This document shows positions 9,646 through 17,642 of a stretch of DNA of 32,278 nucleotides, in pieces. The translations under genes and the position numbers were made by a program. Numbering within the stretch: the stretch's first letter is position 1; each line of letters opens with the position of its first letter. This stretch comes from a virus (lineage: Duplodnaviria; Heunggongvirae; Uroviricota; Caudoviricetes): the IMG/VR virus record IMGVR_UViG_2897375277_000010; one strand, given 5' to 3'. The notes under the pieces are model-generated. The model was not told the DNA's origin, ran no database searches, and saw only the letters and a program-made list of their open reading frames with translations.

Positions 9646-10546
9646 CCGAGCCTCCGGTCACGACGCTGTATTCGGTACAGAAAGACGCCTGCGTGCTGTT
9701 AAGCACGATATCGGCCAGCGGTGCAGCCAGTTCGACACGCTGCACGCCTTCCACATGCAAAGCGGCATAAATGGCAGACAGTCGGATATCGCGCCCCAGC
9801 CGGTGCTGTGCCGTGATATACGCTTCCAGTTTTTTCACGGCGGCAGCGCGTATGGGTTCGCTTTCGGGACCAGGGTAAAGGTAAAGCGTGGCGTTTATCT
9901 GGTATTCAACGATGGCGGCAGACTGCACGGTCACGCGGTCGGCCACCGGCCTGACGTCCTCGCCATTAAGGGCGTTACGCACCACCGCCAGCAGGTCTTC
10001 GGATGCGACACCGTTATTTTCACGTGACAGCACAGAGATAGTGACGCAGGCCGGAGACGGACTGGTGACAGAGATATCCGCGACACGCCCGTCGGCACTG
10101 CGGCCATGATACTGATAGGCACCCACCGACCCGGCGACGCTTAAACCTTCAAACGCCTGCTGAATACGCAGCCGATAATCGGTGTCAGATTCCATCACTG
10201 CCGGTGTCGGCGGGATGGTCGAATCATCTGCCGGGGTGATAATCAGGCGTGCGGTGTTGTAATTGGCACCAATCACATCAAGGTCATTACCGGCGGCACA
10301 GGCCAGCATCACCGCCCGTGCGGCCTCATTCACACGCTGGCGCCAGATAAGCTCACGATAAGCATTTTCCTCCAGCAGTTTGACGAGAGGCTCGGATTCC
10401 AGCGTCAGGGTACGGGCGACCGCCTCCTGCTGGTCTTCCGGGTAAAGGGAAATCAGTGTCGCCTTGCGTTCAGCGAGAATGGTTTCAAAGTCCAGCTCCT
10501 CGACCACATCCGGTGCGGGTAGCTGGTTCAGGTCGATAATCGGCAT
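9638..10546 (-). CDS. J: Baseplate assembly protein J, 302 aa
   Basis: 302-aa ORF; P2 gpJ length and synteny. Confidence 0.88.
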   Translation of the reverse strand: MPIIDLNQLPAPDVVEELDFETILAERKATLISLYPEDQQEAVARTLTLESEPLVKLLEENAYRELIWRQRVNEAARAVMLACAAGNDLDVIGANYNTARLIITPADDSTIPPTPAVMESDTDYRLRIQQAFEGLSVAGSVGAYQYHGRSADGRVADISVTSPSPACVTISVLSRENNGVASEDLLAVVRNALNGEDVRPVADRVTVQSAAIVEYQINATLYLYPGPESEPIRAAAVKKLEAYITAQHRLGRDIRLSAIYAALHVEGVQRVELAAPLADIVLNSTQASFCTEYSVVTGGSDE

Positions 10547-10550
10547 GGTT

Positions 10551-10898
10551 TCAACTCACAGGGATGGTTAACGAAAGTGGCTGGCCGGTGTCGTTGTGCT
10601 GGCCGGTTAACGTGACCGTCATTCGCCCGTCAAAGCTGCGCGCCGTGGTGACGGATGACAGGGTGACGCGGGGTTCCCATTTCAGCACCGCCATGTAACA
10701 GGCGACCTTAATCTGCAACTCAAGCGCCGGGGTCTGCGGCTGGTCAATCATTGATGCCAGCAACGAGCCGTAATCACGACGCATCACCCGTGAGCCGACC
10801 GGTGTGCGCAGGATATCGCCGATACTCTGGCTGATATGCTCAAGGTCAGTGACAGTCAGGCCATCACTGCGATTCATTCCGAGATAACGTGCTGTCAT
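10551..10898 (-). CDS. W: Baseplate wedge protein W (GPW/gp25 family), 115 aa
   Basis: 115-aa ORF between V and J; P2 gpW length. Confidence 0.85.
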   Translation of the reverse strand: MTARYLGMNRSDGLTVTDLEHISQSIGDILRTPVGSRVMRRDYGSLLASMIDQPQTPALELQIKVACYMAVLKWEPRVTLSSVTTARSFDGRMTVTLTGQHNDTGQPLSLTIPVS

Positions 10899-11530
10899 TT
10901 TGTCCCCTGCGTCCAGCTGTCACCTGACTTAACACCACCGTGACCGTGGTCATCCACCTGAACGCCGTTAGACGTGAATTTCCCGTCGGTATGCGCGATG
11001 TTGCCGCGCATCGTCCCGCCCTTCTGCACTTCCAGCGTGCCGGTAGTCAGTTTGTTGGTGCAGACCACCTCCGGTGTGTCCAGGGTGATGCGGGTTGATG
11101 CTTTCACCATAACCACCGGCACCGAGGCAGTAACAGAATCAGAAGCCGTCACGCTGGCCGTTTTAATTCCGCTTACCGTGAGTGCACTGGTTTCGGGTTC
11201 ATACTCAATCACCGCCCCGTCAGGGAAACGGATATGCAGGGCATCCGCCGACGCAGACGGTGCGGGGTTATCGCCGGAATAAATCCCCGGCAGAACGAAC
11301 GCCGTGTCGAGTTCACCGCCCACGGCCAGAATCAGCACCTGTTCCCCCACGGAAGGTGCCCACCATGTGCGCGAACGTCCTGCACGATGGGTCAGCCACT
11401 GAAGCCAGTCAGTGCACATGCCGCCGGTCTGCACACGGCAGCGACCGGCGTTAAGGTCGGTTTCGACGACAAGGCCGGTGCGGATCATGTTGCGTATAAA
11501 GCGAAGTATTTCATTGTATTGTGTATTCAT
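10895..11530 (-). CDS. V: Baseplate spike protein V, 211 aa
   Basis: ORF track extends to 11608, but the internal ATG at 11528-11530 gives a 211-aa product (MNTQYNEILRFIRNMIRTG...) matching P2 gpV length; the upstream extension would overlap the divergent promoter region. Confidence 0.8.
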   Translation of the reverse strand: MNTQYNEILRFIRNMIRTGLVVETDLNAGRCRVQTGGMCTDWLQWLTHRAGRSRTWWAPSVGEQVLILAVGGELDTAFVLPGIYSGDNPAPSASADALHIRFPDGAVIEYEPETSALTVSGIKTASVTASDSVTASVPVVMVKASTRITLDTPEVVCTNKLTTGTLEVQKGGTMRGNIAHTDGKFTSNGVQVDDHGHGGVKSGDSWTQGTK

Positions 11531-11616
11531 TCGAGAATGATGATTCTGTACAATCTCGAAGTAAATCACGTCACGCTTTTTGGTGCACAGAACAACAAGG
11601 AACAACAAAATCCATT
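11531..11616. promoter_or_regulatory. Divergent intergenic region: expected late promoter for V-W-J-I-H-G and promoter/RBS of the divergent cargo gene
   Basis: 86-bp gap between the V start (minus) and the cargo ATG at 11617 (plus); AAGGA at 11597-11601 upstream of that ATG; promoter assignment is by position only. Confidence 0.4.
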
Positions 11617-12690
11617 ATGAATATTTGCTTTTTTTCATCAGAAACAACTAAAAGATTGCTCAAAGATTACCAAACCTTTTTGGAGAACCTTACCCCTGAC
11701 ACAGATTTTGAATCAGGCCGAAACAAAATAATCATTCAAGCAATAGACTTCATTTCAAAAAAACCAGAAGATTGGGACGAAAAATCCCTACACAGCATTA
11801 AAAGACTCGGCGATGAATTTAAAAGATTACTAAAAGAAAAGGGAGATAATGAAGACAGCATCAATCTTATATTCACTTATTTCCTTAGGTTCATTATTGA
11901 ACCAAGCATTTTCTCTACAGAAGTAGAGTCACCCGACTCACTCCCAGAATACATCAAAGATTTCGCTCAGTATAACTATGGTAAATTCGATACTCGAAGC
12001 CAAAAAAGCATAGATATATCTCTAAGAGGAATGCCATTAGCAATAGCTAAGGAGATTCTAAGCTCTGGCAATGTGGATACATATAAAAAATATCTCAATA
12101 AGTTAAACGAAGGCCATAAACTTCTCGAAGAATATGATTCTACCTTCAAAGAACAACAGGCTAAAGTAGAGTCAATTAAAGAATCATTAAAGGGATACGA
12201 GACTGCTTTCAATTTCGTTGGACTCTTTGATGGCTTCAATTCACTTGGCAAAAAGAAAGCGAATGAAATTTTAGCATCAAGACTCATTCTTATTTTTTTA
12301 GCTATAATTATTCCATCCCCCTTAATATATTATGGCATTCACAAATTACCGGCCCTCGAAGCAACAAATGCTGCCACATATTTCATGTCAGCGCTACCTT
12401 TTGCATCAGTTACATTGATTTTCATGTATTACTTTAGAGTTGTACTGATAAATCACATATCGTTACGAACTCAGATTATGCAAATAGAACTTAGAAAGAC
12501 CCTTTGTCAGTTCATTCAGAGTTATAGCGACTATTCCTCAAAGATAAAGAAAAACAACCAAGATGCTCTTTCAAAATTTGAAGATGTAGTATTTTCAAAC
12601 ATCATGCTATCCGATGATAAGATACCATCTACATTTGATGGCATTGAACAAATAGCATCGCTAATCAATTCACTGAAAAATGGCAAGTAA
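11617..12690 (+). CDS. AT-rich cargo protein, 357 aa, with two predicted transmembrane helices near the C-terminus; function unknown
   Basis: ORF track 11521..12690 starts at a GTG that overlaps V; the first ATG is at 11617 (MNICFFSSETTKRLL...). Coding sequence is visibly AT-rich against the GC-rich flanking tail genes. Hydrophobic segments LILIFLAIIIPSPLIYYGI and ATYFMSALPFASVTLIFMYYF; Lys/Glu-rich helical N-terminal domain. Occupies the P2 orf30 position between S and V, on the opposite strand. Confidence 0.7.
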   Translation: MNICFFSSETTKRLLKDYQTFLENLTPDTDFESGRNKIIIQAIDFISKKPEDWDEKSLHSIKRLGDEFKRLLKEKGDNEDSINLIFTYFLRFIIEPSIFSTEVESPDSLPEYIKDFAQYNYGKFDTRSQKSIDISLRGMPLAIAKEILSSGNVDTYKKYLNKLNEGHKLLEEYDSTFKEQQAKVESIKESLKGYETAFNFVGLFDGFNSLGKKKANEILASRLILIFLAIIIPSPLIYYGIHKLPALEATNAATYFMSALPFASVTLIFMYYFRVVLINHISLRTQIMQIELRKTLCQFIQSYSDYSSKIKKNNQDALSKFEDVVFSNIMLSDDKIPSTFDGIEQIASLINSLKNGK

Positions 12691-12692
12691 TA

Positions 12693-12727
12693 GTAAAAGA
12701 CCACCTCCTGAGGAGGTGGCTTTTCAG
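12693..12727. terminator. Bidirectional rho-independent terminator between the cargo gene (+) and tnpA (-)
   Basis: Perfect 8-bp stem CCACCTCC/GGAGGTGG with a 3-nt loop (12701-12719), flanked by GTAAAAGA on the left and CTTTTCAG on the right, giving a T-run on either strand. Confidence 0.6.
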
Positions 12728-12772
12728 AATGCCCCCTATAAGGGGGGGAGGGCGAATGTCATATTCCGTTTT

Positions 12773-13207
12773 CTACTCTAGCAACTCCATCTGCTGTTCA
12801 TGTGTTTGTTCCATCTTTTCCTGATGCCTCACATATCGTCTGATAATTTCTTCGTTCACGCCTACCCTATCAACAAAGTAACCCCGCGACCAAAAATGGT
12901 TTCCCCATAACTTCTTCCTGATATGCGGGAATCGATTGTAGAGTCTGATTGCACTGCGACCTTTCAGATGCCCCATCAGAGTAGATATTGAGATTTTTGG
13001 CGGCACTATTACGACAAGATGCACATAATCTGGCTGTACATTTAACTCCAGAACCTCGCAATCTTTTATTCCGCAAAGAATATAGATGGTTCTGTACAGC
13101 TCCTTGCCCAATTTATCCCTCAGGATCCTAAAGCGGTACTTTGGCGTCCAGACTATGTGATATTTGCAATGCCAATATACATGTGATGAACTTCTGTAAA
13201 GCCCCAT
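12773..13207 (-). CDS. tnpA: IS200-family transposase TnpA (HUH Y1 transposase), 144 aa
   Basis: ORF 12773..13264; likely start at ATG 13205-13207 (MGLYRSSSHVYWHCKYHIVWTPKYR...). Contains the HUH-type motif YVHLVVIVPPK and the downstream Tyr region WSRGYFVDRVG characteristic of IS200 TnpA. Confidence 0.8.
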   Translation of the reverse strand: MGLYRSSSHVYWHCKYHIVWTPKYRFRILRDKLGKELYRTIYILCGIKDCEVLELNVQPDYVHLVVIVPPKISISTLMGHLKGRSAIRLYNRFPHIRKKLWGNHFWSRGYFVDRVGVNEEIIRRYVRHQEKMEQTHEQQMELLE

Positions 13208-13428
13208 GTCAGTTTGTCTCCTTTTACTTGTGGTGAGTAAGCAGAGATATTCCGACATGGGCATTCTTCAGGCTATAGCCTTACAGGTTCAATCACCACC
13301 TCCCTAGTAGGTGGTTTAGGGATAACAATAAAAGGCCAATAACTGGCCTTTTATTTATTAACGTAAAAACTCAAAATAAACCATGCTAAATCAAATGATT
13401 TCATTTTTATATTCTCAGATGATTAAAG

Positions 13429-13881
13429 CTAGCGATTCAGGTGAGCCAGAATAATCTCTTCAATCATCTGCACATCCTCACCGGTAAAGCCGAGCAGAGG
13501 ACGCGCCGGATAATCAATTTTCTTACCGTCTTTCCGGGTTTCTTCCGACAGACCGAACTGATGCACACTGGCGATTTTCGGCGACTTCCCGCCGTAAAAT
13601 TCCATTGATGCCTGTTCCGGGCTGGCGCGGATATGCAAAAAACGACTGGTGATAAGTTTCGCAAACATTTTTCGCTTAACACGACCAGTCTTTTTTCTGG
13701 CGCTCTGCTGCTGGCGTGGCGCGTAGGGTGTGCCGTCCGGGGCTTTCTGTGCCATCACCCGACGCTGCTGACTCTGACGCAGACGTTTCGCCAGTTCGGC
13801 GCTCAGTCGCCGACGCCCTGACGGTGACAGCGATTCAATCAGTCCGGTCAGCCGGTCTTCAAAACGCTTAAACTCATTCAT
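13429..13881 (-). CDS. S: Tail completion protein S, 150 aa
   Basis: 150-aa ORF; P2 gpS length; overlaps the R stop; last gene of the O...S operon. Confidence 0.82.
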   Translation of the reverse strand: MNEFKRFEDRLTGLIESLSPSGRRRLSAELAKRLRQSQQRRVMAQKAPDGTPYAPRQQQSARKKTGRVKRKMFAKLITSRFLHIRASPEQASMEFYGGKSPKIASVHQFGLSEETRKDGKKIDYPARPLLGFTGEDVQMIEEIILAHLNR

Positions 13882-14341
13882 CCCACTTGCTCACCAGTTC
13901 GCCATTGATGTAAAGCTCCACCGGGCGGGTGACCGGCTCCGGCGGCGGGGGTTCCGGGATATTCTTCACATGCAGCGCACCATCAACCTCGCTGACCAGC
14001 GTGCGCTCGGTCAGCATCAGGCTGATGCTGATATCAAAGCTGCTGTCATTGTTGATGTCCGCATAAAACGTGAAGCCCTTTTTCTGGCCTTCGTCGGTGG
14101 TCATGATGTCGGGCTGATTTTCCCGCAGCCACGCCAGCACCGGCACAATGAGCAGGTCAAAATCACCGGTAAAGTCGGTCACAATGACATTGAGCGTGTA
14201 ACGCTTTTCGAATGACAGCGACGTCGCCAGTGTGGAGGCAATACTCCCGTTATCCACGAATATCCGCAGCATCTCGGGGCTTGTTTTCAGCACCGTGACG
14301 GCATCAGTCAGCGCCCTGCGCAGGCTGTCGGGTTTGAGCAT
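13874..14341 (-). CDS. R: Tail completion protein R, 155 aa
   Basis: 155-aa ORF; P2 gpR length and synteny. Confidence 0.82.
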   Translation of the reverse strand: MLKPDSLRRALTDAVTVLKTSPEMLRIFVDNGSIASTLATSLSFEKRYTLNVIVTDFTGDFDLLIVPVLAWLRENQPDIMTTDEGQKKGFTFYADINNDSSFDISISLMLTERTLVSEVDGALHVKNIPEPPPPEPVTRPVELYINGELVSKWDE

Positions 14342-14594
14342 CGTTTTCGTCCTGACAGTGTTTAATCATTTTTACCTGGCTGGCACAGCGTGCCAGCGCG
14401 TTCTCAAGCTGCCGGATATCGGCACTTAAATCGCCGTTCGTCTGCGGGTCACTGCCCGGCATCGGGCAAAGGCTCACTTTCGGGCAGGCGTTGTGGACAA
14501 TCACTGGCGTCGGTGCATGCCGGACGCTGGTGCAACCAGCGCACAGCATCAGGCAGGTCAGCACCGTACCAGCGGCGGAAATCTTCGTTTTCAT
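14304..14594 (-). CDS. lysC: Outer-membrane spanin lipoprotein LysC (Rz1-like), 96 aa, embedded out of frame in lysB
   Basis: ORF track 14304..14711; internal ATG at 14592-14594 gives MKTKISAAGTVLTCLMLCAGC... with a signal peptide and lipobox (LCAGC); 96 aa as in P2 LysC; overlaps lysB in another frame. Confidence 0.7.
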   Translation of the reverse strand: MKTKISAAGTVLTCLMLCAGCTSVRHAPTPVIVHNACPKVSLCPMPGSDPQTNGDLSADIRQLENALARCASQVKMIKHCQDENDAQTRQPAQGAD

Positions 14595-14874
14595 TAAGTA
14601 ACCTCGTGATGGTTTTCTCGCGCTGTGCTTCACGCTTCGCGGCGTTCTCCAGTTCCTGACGCAGTACCACCTGCGCCAGCTCGTTTTTGTCTGCCCTGGT
14701 GAGGGCAACATGAAGCTGATTTTTCAGCATGGTGATGGTCGTCTGCTGCCCGGTGGCGACGTTGTTCGCCCTGTCCAGCGAGGCGCGCAGGCTGGCGTTT
14801 TCATGCTTCGCCAGAAACAGCCCCGCCACCGCCAGCGATAACAACACGACCAGCACAATCATCAGCTTTGACAT
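14449..14874 (-). CDS. lysB: Inner-membrane spanin LysB (Rz-like), 141 aa
   Basis: 141-aa ORF with an N-terminal TM helix followed by a coiled-coil, Glu/Arg-rich periplasmic domain; P2 synteny. Confidence 0.8.
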   Translation of the reverse strand: MSKLMIVLVVLLSLAVAGLFLAKHENASLRASLDRANNVATGQQTTITMLKNQLHVALTRADKNELAQVVLRQELENAAKREAQREKTITRLLNENEDFRRWYGADLPDAVRWLHQRPACTDASDCPQRLPESEPLPDAGQ

Positions 14875-15287
14875 GGTTCCCGCCCCTCAAAACGCTGACG
14901 ACAGGCCGTACGTATCAGCCGGAAGAACACCGACGCCACGAGGTAAATCAGCGCGGTAAAAATCCACCCGGCAGCGACCAGCAAGATAAACGTCGCCACC
15001 ATCACCACCAGAGCCGCCGCCCGTCTGCGCCACGGCACCGGCTGCAAAAACAGCGACGTGACAATCTTCACGGCCAGCGATTCCGGCGGCAGCTCCCGCC
15101 CGTAGCGTTCCAGCACATACTCAGTGGCATACACGCCGACACCACCGGCAACCACACAGATAACCGTCGCCAGAATCGCCCAGGCAGCGACAAAATTGAC
15201 GGCCACGCTCTGCAGGTAAATCAGGGACAGTGCCAGCATCAGCGCCAGCGACACGTTCAGCATCAGTGAAAGGGATAATTTCTTCAT
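14862..15287 (-). CDS. lysA: Lysis timing membrane protein LysA, 141 aa
   Basis: 141-aa highly hydrophobic multi-TM ORF directly downstream of K; P2 LysA length. Confidence 0.78.
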   Translation of the reverse strand: MKKLSLSLMLNVSLALMLALSLIYLQSVAVNFVAAWAILATVICVVAGGVGVYATEYVLERYGRELPPESLAVKIVTSLFLQPVPWRRRAAALVVMVATFILLVAAGWIFTALIYLVASVFFRLIRTACRQRFEGREPCQS

Positions 15288-15301
15288 GGTGTTTACTCCG
15301 T

Positions 15302-15799
15302 TTAAGCCGGTACGCCGCCGGCGGTACGCCAGACGGTGACCAGTTTTTCCAGTGAATGCTCACGCTGACCGTAACCGGCACCCGGCAGGGACGCCCAGAT
15401 ATTGCGACAGCGTGAAATGGCGCGCTCAATGCGTCCCGCCCGGATGTCATCCAGCGCACCGCGTTCGCGGATCAACTGAATGGCGAGTCTGTCCTGTGAC
15501 AACGGACTGAAATCCGGCAGGGCAAGCTGTTTGCGGTAATGCGGCCAGAACAGGTAAAGCTGCTGATAGCGACCGGAGGCCGTGGATTTTTCACCGCGAC
15601 GGTTAAACACCTTCGCCGGTCGGCCATGCGCGAACGGGTGGTCACTGTAGTCGGTGAAAATTTCCGGCTTCCCGTCCAGTCCGGTGACTATCACGTCATA
15701 GCCCCGGTTTTTCGTCAGCGGATGGTTCGCCGTCCCTTCGGACACGGCCAGCATGTCGAGAAAGGCGGCGATATTCTGATGCGTGTTAATTACCGGCAT
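15302..15799 (-). CDS. K: Endolysin (lysozyme) K, 165 aa
   Basis: 165-aa ORF downstream of holin Y with a conserved lytic-enzyme N-terminus (...LAVSEGT...); P2 gpK length. Confidence 0.85.
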   Translation of the reverse strand: MPVINTHQNIAAFLDMLAVSEGTANHPLTKNRGYDVIVTGLDGKPEIFTDYSDHPFAHGRPAKVFNRRGEKSTASGRYQQLYLFWPHYRKQLALPDFSPLSQDRLAIQLIRERGALDDIRAGRIERAISRCRNIWASLPGAGYGQREHSLEKLVTVWRTAGGVPA

Positions 15800-16080
15800 T
15801 ACTGTTTCCCCCTGCCCTTAAAGCGGCGCTGAATGGCAATCTCAATCACCTGATAACCGGCGATACCCAGCATGGAGCCGATGCCGCACACCGCAGGCAG
15901 TGACAGGTCAGGAAACTGCACCAGAACAACACCGGCAACCATCGAGACAAAACCACCGAGCAACATGCGCCCGATAAACAGACGCGGGGTGATGGCTTCA
16001 CCACCGGCAAGCACCTTGCCGACAACAATCAGCACCCCAATCATGAAAAGCGACAGAACGCTTTTTTCTTCTGCTGTCAT
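15799..16080 (-). CDS. Y: Holin Y, 93 aa
   Basis: 93-aa ORF with three hydrophobic segments and a charged C-terminus; P2 gpY length; stop overlaps the K start. Confidence 0.85.
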   Translation of the reverse strand: MTAEEKSVLSLFMIGVLIVVGKVLAGGEAITPRLFIGRMLLGGFVSMVAGVVLVQFPDLSLPAVCGIGSMLGIAGYQVIEIAIQRRFKGRGKQ

Positions 16081-16083
16081 GCG

Positions 16084-16287
16084 TTACTCCCACAGATTGA
16101 CAGTTTCAGCCACGGGCGCGGTCTGAACGTCGGGCAGTTCGACGGCGGTGCCGTGCGGCAGCACCGCCCCCAGTTCAGCAAGACCCGGATTTGCGGCGAG
16201 CACGGTCTCAACCACGCCCTCAGTGCGCCCGTAATACCGGACACAAATGGCGTCGAGCGTGTCGCCCTGTAGCGCAAAGGTCTTCAT
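16084..16287 (-). CDS. X: Tail protein X, 67 aa
   Basis: ORF track 16084..16356; internal ATG at 16285-16287 (MKTFALQGDTLDAICVRYYG...) gives 67 aa as in P2 gpX; this start overlaps the L stop (TGATG). Confidence 0.8.
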   Translation of the reverse strand: MKTFALQGDTLDAICVRYYGRTEGVVETVLAANPGLAELGAVLPHGTAVELPDVQTAPVAETVNLWE

Positions 16288-16796
16288 CAGATTTGACTCA
16301 CTATGCAGCGCGGCTTGTCCTGGATACGCGCCACTGCCCAGCGCATATCCCGCCACAGCTCATCAATGGTGCTGTCAATGCTGTCGGCCTTCTTGTCGCC
16401 TTTCGCACTGGCATCCACGCCGCGATAACGCTCATAAAGCGATGCGGTCGCCATCGCACACACGGCGCGCTCGTAGTAAAAAACTTTGATGCTTTCACCG
16501 TCGATGTCGTCCGCCGGAACGTCCGCCAGACGCGTAAAACCGGCGGCAATTTTCTGTTCGCGGTACTCGTACAGCTCCGCATTCGTCTCCGCCATGCCTG
16601 ACTTGATGGCCTCACGCAGACGGGCGGGGGCGACGGTCTGCTCAAGGCGCATACGTTCCCGGACGCGCTTCGGGTCGATATCGGGAAAAAAGAACGTGTT
16701 TTTAATCACCGGCTCGTCGCCTGCCGGTTGCGGGATGACCACCGTACCCTCACCGGACACGGGAGCCTCCTTTCGCGGAATAATCAGCGTCATCAT
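16287..16796 (-). CDS. L: Head completion/stabilisation protein L, 169 aa
   Basis: ORF track 16287..16856; start chosen at MMTLIIPRKEAP... to give the P2 gpL length of 169 aa. Confidence 0.8.
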   Translation of the reverse strand: MMTLIIPRKEAPVSGEGTVVIPQPAGDEPVIKNTFFFPDIDPKRVRERMRLEQTVAPARLREAIKSGMAETNAELYEYREQKIAAGFTRLADVPADDIDGESIKVFYYERAVCAMATASLYERYRGVDASAKGDKKADSIDSTIDELWRDMRWAVARIQDKPRCIVSQI

Positions 16797-16895
16797 GACT
16801 ACCTCTGAAAAGTCGGGCGGTGGACGCCGGTGCAGTGTCAGGTGATTCACCCTCACTGACCGGCGTGCCGCCCTGGCGCGGGGCGCATTCGGTTG

Positions 16896-17639
16896 TTAAC
16901 TGGCTTTCTTTTTCGGGCGTCCACGTTTTGCCGGTGTCACGCTCCGGGTCTTACGCGGGGCGCGAGTGGCCGCTTTGGGCTGCGGCTCCGGCTTCGGTTT
17001 CAGCTCCCGCTCCAGTCGTTCAATCTCTTTTTTGACGCCTGCCTGACAGTCGAGCTGTGTCGCACGTTGCAGGTGTGCCAGCGCCCCTGCGGCATCACCA
17101 GCGTCACGCAGAAACAGACCGGTGATTTTGTGCAGCTTTGCGCGCACTTCATCAGGCATGTCAGCCGTGGCGGTCAGTTCAAGGGTGTCTGTCAGCAGGC
17201 GGGTATCCACAGACTCACCGGCAGCGTGAGCGCGCATGGCCGCAAGCGCCACCTCCTCGGTGAACATGTACGGCGGGGTGCGGCGGTGTTTACCCGGCAT
17301 GGTCAGACCGTACTTCAGGGCATAACGGGCAATCTCCAGCGCACCGGCAATATCGCCGGTATCCAGACGCCACAGCATGACTGTCATCAGAATGTCATCC
17401 TGTGCACCTTTGCCCTGCTCCAGCACGCCGTTCACCCACGGCAACCAGAACGGCAGCAGTTCGCGTTTTTTCGCGGCCTTCAGCTCTTTTGAATAAATCG
17501 CTTTCAGTGTGCGCTGGTCTGCGGCCAGCTTGACCAGCATCTGCTCATAGACAGTTGCATGTCGCAGCGGGGCGGCTTCCCGCTGCGCGGTCATCGCTGC
17601 CGAGACCCGCATCATGTGGCGCTGTGCGGGACTCGTCAT
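16896..17639 (-). CDS. M: Terminase small (endonuclease) subunit M, 247 aa
   Basis: 247-aa ORF with a basic C-terminal tail; P2 gpM length and synteny N-M-L. Confidence 0.85.
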   Translation of the reverse strand: MTSPAQRHMMRVSAAMTAQREAAPLRHATVYEQMLVKLAADQRTLKAIYSKELKAAKKRELLPFWLPWVNGVLEQGKGAQDDILMTVMLWRLDTGDIAGALEIARYALKYGLTMPGKHRRTPPYMFTEEVALAAMRAHAAGESVDTRLLTDTLELTATADMPDEVRAKLHKITGLFLRDAGDAAGALAHLQRATQLDCQAGVKKEIERLERELKPKPEPQPKAATRAPRKTRSVTPAKRGRPKKKAS

Positions 17640-17642
17640 CGG

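Larger units (their letters stand above)
12693..13400 (-). mobile_element. IS200-family insertion sequence (IS200/IS605 family), about 0.7 kb; boundaries approximate
   Basis: Single tnpA ORF flanked by subterminal hairpins sharing the motif CCACCTCC...GGTGG (12701-12719 and 13296-13314), plus a palindrome with T-runs on both sides (GGCCA-ATAAC-TGGCC, 13327-13355) upstream of tnpA, resembling the IS200 left-end bidirectional terminator; overall size is consistent with the roughly 707-bp IS200 recalled from memory. Confidence 0.6.

Noticed and set aside
11521-11616. GTG start at 11521 for the cargo ORF, and the extended V start at 11608
   Set aside because: Using both would make the divergent genes overlap by 88 bp and leave no promoter space. 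The internal ATGs (11617 for the cargo gene; 11528-11530 for V, giving the P2 length of 211 aa) are more parsimonious.
6740-11620. ORFs 6740..6934, 7465..7824, 7700..7909, 7978..8412, 8895..9134, 9010..9612, 9393..9641, 9527..10027, 9588..9770, 9888..10109, 9931..10122, 10974..11282, 11182..11454 and 11234..11620
   Set aside because: All are overlapped by the well-supported G, H, I, J, W and V genes and lack their own RBS or promoter context.
11976-12287. Minus-strand 103-aa ORF inside the cargo gene
   Set aside because: Antisense to the longer, better-supported 357-aa ORF; AT-rich regions often carry chance reverse-strand ORFs.
12870-13076. 68-aa minus-strand ORF inside tnpA
   Set aside because: Out-of-frame overlap with the transposase gene, whose HUH and Tyr motifs identify the correct frame.
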